NCBI GenBank assembly: GCA_963674785.1
Contig: OY771555.1
Span: forward strand, 1,696,001 to 1,760,000
DNA length: 64,000 nucleotides
Source: Caldisericia bacterium
GTDB lineage: Bacteria; Caldisericota; Caldisericia; JAAYUI01
Direction of reading: 5' to 3'
Shown here: in pieces, positions 10,528-20,303 of the stretch
Layout of the letters: every line of letters begins with the position of its first letter
Numbering within the stretch: position 1 is the first letter of the stretch
The notes under the pieces: generated by a model
The model's input: only the letters and a program-made list of their open reading frames with translations
What the model was told of the DNA's origin: nothing
Database searches by the model: none
Made by a program: the position numbers and the translations under genes

Positions 10528-13224
10528 ATGGAAAATGCTTTAATACTAACTGAGAAACCTTCTGTCGCTGCAGACATCGCAAATGCTCTTGGCGGATTTA
10601 AGAAAAACAAGGACTATTATGAGTCTGATACTGCATTCATCACATGGGCAGTAGGTCATCTTGTGACACTTGCTGAACCGGATGATTATGATAAGAAATT
10701 CAAATTTTGGACGCTTTCAACACTTCCAATCATACCTGATCATTTTGAATTGAAACCTATTCGAGGTAACAAAGAGCGTTTGAATGTAATTAAGAAGCTT
10801 GCTAAAAAGAAAAATATCACTGAGATAATCAATGCTTGTGACGCAGGTCGTGAAGGTGAACTTATCTTTAGATACATCTACGATTACCTCGATCTGAAAA
10901 AGGATTTTAGAAGACTTTGGCTTCAATCGATGACAATCGACTCAATTAGAAATGGATTTTCTGAACTCAAGGAAACCTCAGAGGTTGAGAATCTTGCATC
11001 ATCTGCAAAAGCTCGCTCGCAATCTGATTGGTTGATCGGAATAAATGCAACACGAGCTTTCACAAGAAGACTAGGAACACTGCTTTCAATTGGTCGAGTG
11101 CAGACTCCAACACTTGCAATTCTCGTTGAACGTGAAAAACAGATACTAAATTTCAAACCAATCCCATATTTTGAGATGACAGGAAACTTTGAAGCTGAAA
11201 AGGGTGAGTATCTTGGAAAATGGTTTATCGATGTACCAAAGAAAAAAGGTGAAAAGAAGCAACCTCTTGCAGATGCTGATACCCTAAAAGAGCTCGAAAA
11301 GAAACACCCTGGTTTTGCCGAATCAGCTTGGACTGCTTACCATGAGATAAAACATGGTGACAGACTTGAACGAGTTGCAACCGAAGAGATGGCAAACAAG
11401 ATTATCTCGGATGTTAAGGGTAAAACCGGTTCAGTTATCAAGGAAAAACACTCCAAAGTCAAACAGAGTCCGGCACTTCTTTTCAATCTCAATGAACTTC
11501 AGAGGGAAGCTAATAAACGATTTGGCTTGAATGCCTCGCATACCTTGAGAATTACTCAGTCCCTTTATGACGAAAAAAAGCTCGTAACTTATCCAAGAAC
11601 TGACAGCAAATACCTTCCTGAGGACTATGTTGCCGAGATTCCAAAGATTCTTGAGGCATTCGATGGAACGATTTATTCTGCTCATACAAAATCCCTTCTT
11701 AAAGATGGAATTGAAGAGACAAAAAGAATCTTCGATAATAAAAAGGTTTCGGATCACTTTGCAATTATCCCAACACCGAATTCCCCAGAGTCAATATCAC
11801 TTGACGAAGCTCAACAAAAAGTTTATGACCTTATCGTAAGACGTTTTATTTCAGCATTCTATCCTCCCGCTGAATGGGAAAACATCGAAAGGGTGACTGA
11901 GGTAGAGGGTCACACATTTAGAACCACTGCAAAAGTACTTCTAAAACCAGGGTTTTTAAAGGTTCATGGGCGTGATAAGGCGGAGGAAGACAAACTTCCA
12001 GAAGTTACTGAAGGTGAATCAGTAGTTTGTACAGATGCCACAAAGGAAGCAAAAGAAACCAAGCCGCCAGCAAGGTACAATGATGCATCATTACTTGGAG
12101 CAATGGAAGGTGCTGGTAAACTCCTTGATGACGAGGAAGTAAAAGAGGCAATGAAAGGGAAAGGTCTTGGAACTCCTGCGACAAGGTCATCGATTATTGA
12201 TAGACTCATAAATGTTGGATATGTCGACAGAGTCTCAAGGGAGCTTATTCCAACCGGCAAAGGAATTCAGCTTTTTGATATTTTAACTGGTTTTCCTCTC
12301 CCAGAACTTGTATCTCCTGAGATGACCGGAGAATGGGAATATAGTCTCACAAAGGTTGAAGATGGTAAACTTAAAGTTGAGACCTTTATGAAAAGGATTA
12401 CTGATTTCACGTCAGATTTCGTAAGACGTGTCAAAGAAGGTGATACAACAGCAATCTCAAATGGTGATGCTGAGGCTATCGGGAAATGTCCACTTTGTGG
12501 TGGCGACATCAAAGAAAACTTCAGAGCTTTCGGCTGCAGTAACTACATCCCAAAAAAGAAAACAAGAAAGAAAAAAACTGACGAAGAGGAAGTTGAAACA
12601 AACGAAGAACCTCAGGATGAAGGGTGTAAATTTGCAATCTGGAAAACAATTGCCGGGAGATATATTGATGAAAAGATAGCAAAAGACATCCTTGAAAAAG
12701 GAAAAACCGAACCTCTTTCCGGTTTTAGGAGCCGTGCCGGAAGACCATTTTCTGCAATTCTTAAACTCAATGATGAGGGAAAAATTGAGTTTGAATTTGT
12801 CGACAACAAAGAGGTAGATGAACCTGATATTGAGATAAACGAAGAACCCCTTGGCGCATGTCCCGTTTGCAAAGATGGTGTGGTTTCTGAAACAAAAAGT
12901 GCCTACAAGTGTAGTAATTACAAAGAAACTTGCAAATTATCAGTAGGTAGGGTAATTTTAGGTAAGCGTATTTTAAGGGAAGATGTGGAAAGACTCATGA
13001 AAAATGGGAAAACCGATTTGATTGAGGGGTTTATAAGTCGCAAGGGAAGACCATTTTCTGCATATTTAGTGTTAGGTGATGATGGAAAGGTAGGATTTGA
13101 ATTTGAACCAAGAAAACGAAAAGCACCTGCAAAGAAGACCACAAAGTCAAAATCTACAAAGTCCAAAACAACAAAGCCAAAAACAACTACAAAAAAGAGA
13201 ACGACGAAAAAAGATAGCGAATAA
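10528..13224 (+). CDS. topB: Type IA DNA topoisomerase (Topo III-like) with zinc ribbons, C-terminal repeats and Lys-rich tail
   Basis: EKPSVA, ACDAGREGELI, GRVQTPTL, TYPRTDS and GLGTPATR motifs; two GF.S+.GRPFSA repeats. Confidence 0.9.
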   Translation: MENALILTEKPSVAADIANALGGFKKNKDYYESDTAFITWAVGHLVTLAEPDDYDKKFKFWTLSTLPIIPDHFELKPIRGNKERLNVIKKLAKKKNITEIINACDAGREGELIFRYIYDYLDLKKDFRRLWLQSMTIDSIRNGFSELKETSEVENLASSAKARSQSDWLIGINATRAFTRRLGTLLSIGRVQTPTLAILVEREKQILNFKPIPYFEMTGNFEAEKGEYLGKWFIDVPKKKGEKKQPLADADTLKELEKKHPGFAESAWTAYHEIKHGDRLERVATEEMANKIISDVKGKTGSVIKEKHSKVKQSPALLFNLNELQREANKRFGLNASHTLRITQSLYDEKKLVTYPRTDSKYLPEDYVAEIPKILEAFDGTIYSAHTKSLLKDGIEETKRIFDNKKVSDHFAIIPTPNSPESISLDEAQQKVYDLIVRRFISAFYPPAEWENIERVTEVEGHTFRTTAKVLLKPGFLKVHGRDKAEEDKLPEVTEGESVVCTDATKEAKETKPPARYNDASLLGAMEGAGKLLDDEEVKEAMKGKGLGTPATRSSIIDRLINVGYVDRVSRELIPTGKGIQLFDILTGFPLPELVSPEMTGEWEYSLTKVEDGKLKVETFMKRITDFTSDFVRRVKEGDTTAISNGDAEAIGKCPLCGGDIKENFRAFGCSNYIPKKKTRKKKTDEEEVETNEEPQDEGCKFAIWKTIAGRYIDEKIAKDILEKGKTEPLSGFRSRAGRPFSAILKLNDEGKIEFEFVDNKEVDEPDIEINEEPLGACPVCKDGVVSETKSAYKCSNYKETCKLSVGRVILGKRILREDVERLMKNGKTDLIEGFISRKGRPFSAYLVLGDDGKVGFEFEPRKRKAPAKKTTKSKSTKSKTTKPKTTTKKRTTKKDSE

Positions 13225-15763
13225 TATCTGGTCAGTTGTCAAGATTGGCTTTTTCCTTTTTGTGATTGTTGGAATATCTCTTGTTTTGTACGTGTACAAG
13301 ACAATTTCTGATGTTCAGGTTCAAATGGTTGACATCACAAAAGAGAAGAGACCACCAACCGCGTCTGAGGTATACGATGTTGAAGGTAACCTTATCAGTA
13401 CAGTATTTTTACAGGAAAGATACTATAAACCACTCTCAGAAATTAGTATTGAATTTCAAAATACGATAATTTCAGCTGAAGATGAACGCTTTTATATGCA
13501 CAAAGGGTTTGATATTAGGGGATTACTTCGTGTCTTTTGGCATGTGTTGACTAGGCCTGGCAGACCTCCAGGTGCCTCAACGATAACTCAACAACTCGCA
13601 AGGTCTGAACTTTATCTGAATCAATCACAAAGAGAGATCAAGAGAAAAATCACTGAGATATACCTTGCCTATCAACTTGAGCAGAGATACACAAAAGAAC
13701 AAATCCTTGAAGAGTATGTCAATCAGGTTCCATTCAGCCTAAACACTTATGGTGTTGAGGCTGCTGCAAGGAAATACTTCGGGAAAAATGCAAAAGATCT
13801 CGATTATGCTGAATCTGCAATGATTTGTGGCTCACTTCCTGCGCCCAGTATCTATAATCCCAAAACTAATCCTGAGAAAGCAAAAAAAAGTCAGCTAAAT
13901 GTCTTGAGAAAACTCGAGGCAAATGGCTTTATCACTGAGGAAGAAAGAAAACAATACGAAGAACAAGAGCTTGTTTATAAAAAGTATTCTGATATTGAGT
14001 ATCGAGACAATATAAATTTCTTTGTCGATTATGTTGTTAAATACGAACTTCCAACGCTTATTGATGACCCAACAATCATAGAAGAGGGTGGACTCAAGAT
14101 ATATACCACCCTGAATATGAACTATCACAAACATGCAGAAAAATCTATTCAGGATTTTTATGCATCGATGTACAAGTCAGGTTCGTTTAGAAAAGATATT
14201 GTTTCAAAAGATGGAGCAACACAACCCCAGTCAGCTCTTGTTTCAACAAACCCAAAAACCGGTGCGATTCTTGCCATGATGGGTGGAGTAAACTATAACG
14301 AATCAGAATTCCCTAGAGCAGTATCAAGACAACCACCAGGTTCATCTTTCAAAGTCTTTGATTACACCTGTGCGATAGAAAACCGTTCCCTCACAGGTGG
14401 ATCGCTTCTTATGTCGGATGATTTTGAAATTGAAGGATACACACCCGGTGAATGGAATAGAGGAACTGGAAGATTTGATGAAGAGCTTGTAAGGCAGGCA
14501 TTGATCGATTCTTCAAATATATGTGCACTTCGAGCAGCACTTAGACCTGGACTTTACAATGTTGCCTACTATGCCAATAAAATGGGCATCACAACGGAGG
14601 TCAAACCCTACTATTCAATGCCTATTGGAAGTATGGAAGTAAAACCAGTCGATATGGCATGTGCTTATGGATGTCTGGCAACAAATGGAATGAGGATTGA
14701 CCCATATGCAATCCAAACAATTGAAACCCCTGACGGAAGAGAGATTTATAGGCATGAAATTCATCCGGTGAGAGTTGTTTCTGAAGAGGTTAGCTGGATT
14801 ATGACAAACCTTTTAAGGAGTGTCCATATTGCAAAAGGCAAACCGGGACTTGGATTCAATGTTGCTGGAAAAACAGGAACAGCAGGTGATGATGTTGCAG
14901 GATGGTACTGTTGTTATTCACCAGACATCGTAACCGTTGTCTATACTGGTGTTGATGACAAGGACTATACAAATGTTTTCAGATACACACCTTGGGGATC
15001 ATCTGTTGCATTTCCCATAGCCTATAATTATTTAGCGATGTGTGCGAAGGACGAGAAATATCCAGTTCCCAAAAACAAATTTCCTGAAAAACCTGAAGGT
15101 GTTGTTGCGGCAACCGTTTGCAAATACTCAGGACATCTTGTGACTGAGTATTGCCCAGAAGAACATCGTGCAACAGAGTATTTCTTAGAAGGAACTGTTC
15201 CAACGAGATATTGCCAGTATCATGCCGAACCAAGACGCCTATTTATGGTCTATGAGGACAAAGATACAGGGGAATATTTCAGAACAGATAATAGGTGGGT
15301 AAATAAAGTTGAAGTGATGATGACCCAGCGTGAGTATGATTCGCTTGAATATCATGATGGCCTTGGTGCAACACCATTGATTGATGATATTGTTTGGAGT
15401 CAACCAGAAGTTGATGGATCGCCAACACTTAATAATGATTCTCTTATTTTTGAAACAATAGATGGTGTGATTCTTGCAAAATTCTGTTTCAGAATACCGA
15501 AGGAAAAAATTGATTTAATATCATCTGTTACCCTTACAATGGGTGACCGCGAGATATATAAATGGAAAATTGGAAAATATGAGATTGATCTCGGAAGAGG
15601 ATTAACAAAGGAAGACCTAACTTCTGGTATTTGTTATGAAGATGTCAGATATAAAGTTCCCCCAGAAGGTGATCAATCAGAAGTAGAGATACTAATTGAA
15701 TTAAACGGACCCGGAAATTTCTACTCAAATTTAGAATATGAAGCTACCATCGTCAATCCCTAG
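13097..15763 (+). CDS. Class A penicillin-binding protein (PBP1A family), copy 1
   Basis: N-terminal TM; transglycosylase EDERF.H.G, GASTITQQL, RK..E; transpeptidase SSFK, SSN, KTGT; start uncertain (TTG inside topB). Confidence 0.92.
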   Translation: MNLNQENEKHLQRRPQSQNLQSPKQQSQKQLQKRERRKKIANNIWSVVKIGFFLFVIVGISLVLYVYKTISDVQVQMVDITKEKRPPTASEVYDVEGNLISTVFLQERYYKPLSEISIEFQNTIISAEDERFYMHKGFDIRGLLRVFWHVLTRPGRPPGASTITQQLARSELYLNQSQREIKRKITEIYLAYQLEQRYTKEQILEEYVNQVPFSLNTYGVEAAARKYFGKNAKDLDYAESAMICGSLPAPSIYNPKTNPEKAKKSQLNVLRKLEANGFITEEERKQYEEQELVYKKYSDIEYRDNINFFVDYVVKYELPTLIDDPTIIEEGGLKIYTTLNMNYHKHAEKSIQDFYASMYKSGSFRKDIVSKDGATQPQSALVSTNPKTGAILAMMGGVNYNESEFPRAVSRQPPGSSFKVFDYTCAIENRSLTGGSLLMSDDFEIEGYTPGEWNRGTGRFDEELVRQALIDSSNICALRAALRPGLYNVAYYANKMGITTEVKPYYSMPIGSMEVKPVDMACAYGCLATNGMRIDPYAIQTIETPDGREIYRHEIHPVRVVSEEVSWIMTNLLRSVHIAKGKPGLGFNVAGKTGTAGDDVAGWYCCYSPDIVTVVYTGVDDKDYTNVFRYTPWGSSVAFPIAYNYLAMCAKDEKYPVPKNKFPEKPEGVVAATVCKYSGHLVTEYCPEEHRATEYFLEGTVPTRYCQYHAEPRRLFMVYEDKDTGEYFRTDNRWVNKVEVMMTQREYDSLEYHDGLGATPLIDDIVWSQPEVDGSPTLNNDSLIFETIDGVILAKFCFRIPKEKIDLISSVTLTMGDREIYKWKIGKYEIDLGRGLTKEDLTSGICYEDVRYKVPPEGDQSEVEILIELNGPGNFYSNLEYEATIVNP

Positions 15764-18425
15764 ATTCAAACGAAAAAAAAATAAAAGCCATGCTTTTTTA
15801 GTGTCGGTTTTTTTGATACTGGTTCTTTCTGTTACTACCGCTGGTGCATATTTTTCTGTTATTGCAAGTATACACCAGGTTGAAGTGCTTGGAACAATGG
15901 TTAAGAACCCTCAAAGTCTCGCAATGGAGACTAACAGGATTTTTGATTATCAAGGCAATCTCATTCACGAATTCCATTTTGGTGAAGACAGGATATATGT
16001 CACTCTAGATGAGATTCCCGAGCATACTAGACAGGCAGTAATTGCAGCAGAAGACGAAAGATTCTATTCTCATCCTGGATATGACATAAAGGCAATCTTT
16101 AGAGCTGCTGTTAAAAATCTAACTGCAGGAAAGATTGAAGAGGGTGGATCAACAATAACCCAGCAGCTTGCAAGAAATGTCTACATCAATGACCCCACAA
16201 GAAGATCATTCTTGAGGAAAATCGATGAACTTATCCTGGCTACCGAACTTGAAAGAATCCACACAAAAGACCAAATCTTAGAGTATTATCTAAACATAAT
16301 CTATTTTGGTGCTGGAGCATATGGCATTCAGGCTGCTGCAAAAAGATACTTTGCAAAAGAAAATGTTGCTGACCTGACCCTTGAGGAGTCTGCTCTTCTT
16401 GCTGGACTTATTTCATCTCCGAGCAACTACAACCCATATGTGAATATGGACAAAGCTTTGAAACAGCGAAAGCTTGTTCTTTCAAAGATGGTTGCGTCAG
16501 ATTTCATAACCATAGAAACAGCAGATAGAGTTGCCGAAACACCTGTTAATCTAAAACCATATTCAATTCAGCTTGATATTGGAACATCAATCAATTACTT
16601 CATCGACTTCATTAAGGAGGAGATGATATTAAAGTGTGATCTCACTTTTGAAGATATTCAACGGGGGGGGCTTGATGTCTACACAACTATTAATCAAGAA
16701 TATCAGCAACATGGTGAGGATGCCGTAAACTACGTGCTTGATTCAGCACAAAAACGAGGAGAATTTGGAAAAACAAAGTTTGATACCCTGGGTGTGCTCC
16801 AACCTCAAACGGCACTCGTTGCAGTAGAAGTTGATACGGGAGCAATTGTTACAATGGTTGGCGGAAGGGATTACAAAAACACACAGTTCAATAGAACAAC
16901 AACACTCCGTGCTCCTGGGTCATCTTTTAAGATGATTGTTTATTCTGCAGCCCTTAACATGGGTAGGCTTTCACCAAGTAGTCTGTTGAAGTCTGGTCCA
17001 TACAAACTTGGTGATTGGAAGCCAACAGAGTGGTTTGGTGGATATTTCGGAACCATTACTGTAAGAAAAGCAATTGAACAATCCAGTAATATTTGCGCGA
17101 TCAGGGCTTTGATGTTAGTTGGTGCTGGAAATGTTGCAGCATACGCAAAGAGGATGTGCGGTACAGGGAACAGAGAAATTCTTGCAGTCCCATCTATGGC
17201 ACTCGGATCAGTTGAAATGAAACCACTTGAGATGGCATCTGCTGGTCAAACAATTTCCAATTATGGAACCCATATTGACCCGTGGGTTATAAGTAGAGTT
17301 AGGAATAGAAAAACAAAGAAGGATATCTATAAGATTGAACAGAATAAATATGTTTCACAGGCTCTGAATCCGGGAATAGCATACGATATGATTTCAATGC
17401 TTAAGGGGGTTGTCATTAGAGGAACCGGAAAATCTGCGAGAGTTCCTGGTGTTCCATGTGCTGGGAAAACTGGAACTACAGCAGATTTTAGAGATGGATG
17501 GTTTGTTGGATTCACTCCCGAGGTTTCTGCTGCTTGTTATGTTGGTTCTGACTCAAGGGATGTTGACCTTTCTTATGTTAGGAACTATGGATCAAAATAT
17601 TCAGCTGACATATGGAAGGAATATATAAGGCGAATATCTACTGGTAGAAAAATTGCCGATTGGAGAGACCCAAGCCCGAAGGACTTGATAAAGGTAAGGA
17701 TATGCAACGAGACTAGGTTGCTTGCAAATGATACATGTCAATCACACATTGAAACATTCAGAAAAGGTTTTGAACCAATCGAAAAATGCACAATCAAACA
17801 TCCAAAATATGTTGAATATTGGATATGCAAGGAAACCGGACTTCTTGCTAACAACTATTGTCCTTCAAATGAACTTAAAACGTTTATCAAAGGACAGGAG
17901 CCAACACAATACTGCCAGATTCATAATGAACAGACAGCAAAAGAGGAAGAAAAGAAAAACAATACTGTAAAACCAACTCCTAAACCAACACCTACACCTA
18001 CACCAAAACCAACCCCAAGCAATGGAAACGGTGGAAGCACAACTCCAACCCCCACTCCTACAACAACACCTGAACCACAACCCACGCCAACCCCTACTCC
18101 AACACCAACTCCTCAACCAGAACCAAAACCAGAACCGACTCCCGAACCAGCTTACACATCATTTTATGTTATCACCTCTCCACCTGGAAAATCCTGTAGA
18201 GTTGGTGATTTAGTTCGATTTACAGGTTCATATATAGGATATAAAAATGTTAGCAGAATGGTAATGTTTGCAAATGGTGTTTCTGTTTCAACAGCACTTG
18301 CTCCGTCGCTATCTGTTTCTTGGAAACCACCAAATAAAGGTAGCTTCAGCCTTCTGTTTGTCTTGTATAATTCATCTGGCTCGAGACTTTCAGAGTTCGC
18401 AACTAACTACACGGTGTACCCATGA
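15738..18425 (+). CDS. Class A penicillin-binding protein (PBP1A family), copy 2, with Pro/Thr linker and C-terminal Ig-like domain
   Basis: EDERFYSHPG, GGSTITQQL, SSFK, SSN and KTGT motifs; PTPTP linker. Confidence 0.93.
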   Translation: MKLPSSIPRFKRKKNKSHAFLVSVFLILVLSVTTAGAYFSVIASIHQVEVLGTMVKNPQSLAMETNRIFDYQGNLIHEFHFGEDRIYVTLDEIPEHTRQAVIAAEDERFYSHPGYDIKAIFRAAVKNLTAGKIEEGGSTITQQLARNVYINDPTRRSFLRKIDELILATELERIHTKDQILEYYLNIIYFGAGAYGIQAAAKRYFAKENVADLTLEESALLAGLISSPSNYNPYVNMDKALKQRKLVLSKMVASDFITIETADRVAETPVNLKPYSIQLDIGTSINYFIDFIKEEMILKCDLTFEDIQRGGLDVYTTINQEYQQHGEDAVNYVLDSAQKRGEFGKTKFDTLGVLQPQTALVAVEVDTGAIVTMVGGRDYKNTQFNRTTTLRAPGSSFKMIVYSAALNMGRLSPSSLLKSGPYKLGDWKPTEWFGGYFGTITVRKAIEQSSNICAIRALMLVGAGNVAAYAKRMCGTGNREILAVPSMALGSVEMKPLEMASAGQTISNYGTHIDPWVISRVRNRKTKKDIYKIEQNKYVSQALNPGIAYDMISMLKGVVIRGTGKSARVPGVPCAGKTGTTADFRDGWFVGFTPEVSAACYVGSDSRDVDLSYVRNYGSKYSADIWKEYIRRISTGRKIADWRDPSPKDLIKVRICNETRLLANDTCQSHIETFRKGFEPIEKCTIKHPKYVEYWICKETGLLANNYCPSNELKTFIKGQEPTQYCQIHNEQTAKEEEKKNNTVKPTPKPTPTPTPKPTPSNGNGGSTTPTPTPTTTPEPQPTPTPTPTPTPQPEPKPEPTPEPAYTSFYVITSPPGKSCRVGDLVRFTGSYIGYKNVSRMVMFANGVSVSTALAPSLSVSWKPPNKGSFSLLFVLYNSSGSRLSEFATNYTVYP
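17972..18150 (+). repeat. Pro/Thr(Glu/Lys) low-complexity coding repeat
   Basis: Degenerate CCN-ACN repeats encoding KPTPKPTPTPTP...EPKPEPTPEP. Confidence 0.9.
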
Positions 18426-19018
18426 GTTTGTTTATTGCATTTGAAGGGATTGATGGGTGTGGGAAAAGCACACAAGCACGAGTCCTTGCTGAAAAATTAA
18501 AAGAATTTGGTAAAGATGTCGTTTTGACAAGAGAGCCCGGTGCGACAAAAGTTGGGAAAGTAATCAGAGAAATGCTTTTTACAACGGAAATTGATCCAGT
18601 TACTGAGGTTTTTTTATTTGCATCAGATAGAAGTTCTCACATAAATGAGGTTATCTCACCAAGTCTTGATGCTGGTAAAACCGTTATAACTGACCGCTAT
18701 CTTCTCTCATCAGTTGTTTACCAAGGTATTGGTAAGGATGTTGGAAAAGATTTTGTTCTGAATGTTAATAACCCAATAACTAAGAATTTTGTTCCTGATT
18801 TGACAATTATTCTTGATATGCCCGTTGACATTGCACTAAAAAGAGTGCAGAATGCAAATAGGTTTGAAAAATATGATCTACAAGAAAGAGTAAGAGAGGG
18901 ATTTCTTGATGAAGCGTCAAAAAATCCTGAGAAAGTAAAAGTGATAAACGGAAACCAAAGTATAAGCAGGGTGTCAGAAGACATCTTGAACTTGGTGTTA
19001 TCTGGAGGAAATGTTTAA
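18422..19018 (+). CDS. tmk: Thymidylate kinase
   Basis: FEGIDGCGKST, TREPG and DRY..SS..YQG motifs. Confidence 0.97.
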   Translation: MSLFIAFEGIDGCGKSTQARVLAEKLKEFGKDVVLTREPGATKVGKVIREMLFTTEIDPVTEVFLFASDRSSHINEVISPSLDAGKTVITDRYLLSSVVYQGIGKDVGKDFVLNVNNPITKNFVPDLTIILDMPVDIALKRVQNANRFEKYDLQERVREGFLDEASKNPEKVKVINGNQSISRVSEDILNLVLSGGNV

Positions 19019-19347
19019 TGAAACTTGTCATTGCCGTAATACAACAAGAAGATTCTTCAGAGATAATGAATGAATTATTGCAAGATGGATTTAAAGTCAC
19101 AAAACTGAAAGGTGTAGGTGGCTTTCTTGAAGAAGGAAATATTGTTCTGATGATGGGTGTTGAGGACACAAACGTTACAAAAGTTATAAAGTATTTCAAA
19201 AAAAGCTGTGTCTCTCGCGACAGGTATATCAATGCGTTACCTTTTACACCAATTGAAGGAGTTCCGCCACTATCTTTTCCAATAAAGGTAAGTGTGGGTG
19301 GAGCAAAGATATTTGTAATAAATGTGGATGAATTTCACGTTTTGTAA
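19018..19347 (+). CDS. darA: PII-like cyclic-di-AMP receptor (DarA/PstA/YaaQ family)
   Basis: MKLVIAVIQ.ED, GGFL..GN and VGGA.IFV motifs; canonical position after tmk. Confidence 0.88.
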   Translation: MKLVIAVIQQEDSSEIMNELLQDGFKVTKLKGVGGFLEEGNIVLMMGVEDTNVTKVIKYFKKSCVSRDRYINALPFTPIEGVPPLSFPIKVSVGGAKIFVINVDEFHVL

Positions 19348-19361
19348 GTAGGTTCATATTT

Positions 19362-20303
19362 GTGGGAATACTTGAAGTAGGAATTCAGCCAGATTTTCTA
19401 AACCGGTTTATAAACCATCTAAAGTCTGGTAAAAGAAACAAAAGCTACATTATTTCGGGACAAACGAACAGGCTCGGGCTCGAATTTGCTGAGGCTTTTT
19501 CAATGTCTGTCAACTGTGAAAACATGGATGGCGATTTTTGCGGAACCTGCAAGAACTGCAAAATGATTCTTGGAAGAACTCATCCTGATTTACAGATGTA
19601 CGACATTGAAAAGAACAAAACAAAAATTGGAATTGAAACAATAAGGCTTATCCAAGAGGATTCATCAAAAACAAACTATGTTGCAAAAAGCAGATTCAAT
19701 ATCATTTTGAATGCTGATAAAATGACAACGCAAGCCCAAAATGCACTTTTGAAAACTCTCGAGGATGGATCAAATGACTGTACAACTATTATGTTGACAG
19801 ATTCACCAGAAATGATTTTGCCAACAATTCACTCACGAAGTGTATATGTAAATCTACCCCCACCTCCAAAGGAAACTGTTATTGACAGATTGGTTGAGTT
19901 GGGTTTACCAAAAGAGACTTCTCTTCTTGAATATGATGATTCTGGCGGAGACTTAGACTGGCTTTTTTGGTTATTGAAGAATAAAGAATATGGAGAAAAA
20001 ATATTAGGAGTTATCTCAAGAAACAATGATATGTCAGAATTGCTTGAGATTATTCTAGATACTGAATACACAGAAGGAATCAAGTTGCTTTTCCCTCAGA
20101 TACTGTCAAGGGTCGTAAAGGCAAGTTTTGGATTTCAAGCAAGATCAAAGATTCTTGATGAACCCGTTAAGTCTCTTTCTAAACTTAAGAATTCCACTAT
20201 CAATGAATTGTGTACTCAGTTGTCAAAGGCGGAAAAACTATGGAACACTCAAATAAAGAAAACAACGTTGCTACAAAAGATATTGACACCGTTAATGATA
20301 TAA
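19362..20303 (+). CDS. holB: DNA polymerase III delta-prime subunit
   Basis: C..FCGTCKNC zinc module, HPD, AQNALLKTLE and TIHSR motifs; tmk-holB-ricT context. Confidence 0.88.
   Translation: MGILEVGIQPDFLNRFINHLKSGKRNKSYIISGQTNRLGLEFAEAFSMSVNCENMDGDFCGTCKNCKMILGRTHPDLQMYDIEKNKTKIGIETIRLIQEDSSKTNYVAKSRFNIILNADKMTTQAQNALLKTLEDGSNDCTTIMLTDSPEMILPTIHSRSVYVNLPPPPKETVIDRLVELGLPKETSLLEYDDSGGDLDWLFWLLKNKEYGEKILGVISRNNDMSELLEIILDTEYTEGIKLLFPQILSRVVKASFGFQARSKILDEPVKSLSKLKNSTINELCTQLSKAEKLWNTQIKKTTLLQKILTPLMI

Noticed and set aside
17972-18150. Short tandem DNA repeats resembling an array
   Set aside because: They are in-frame Pro/Thr linker codons of the PBP, with no constant repeat-spacer structure, so not CRISPR
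19362-19500. holB as pseudogene because the Walker A motif is degenerate
   Set aside because: Delta-prime subunits are normally ATPase-inactive; the ORF is intact with zinc module and SRC-like motif
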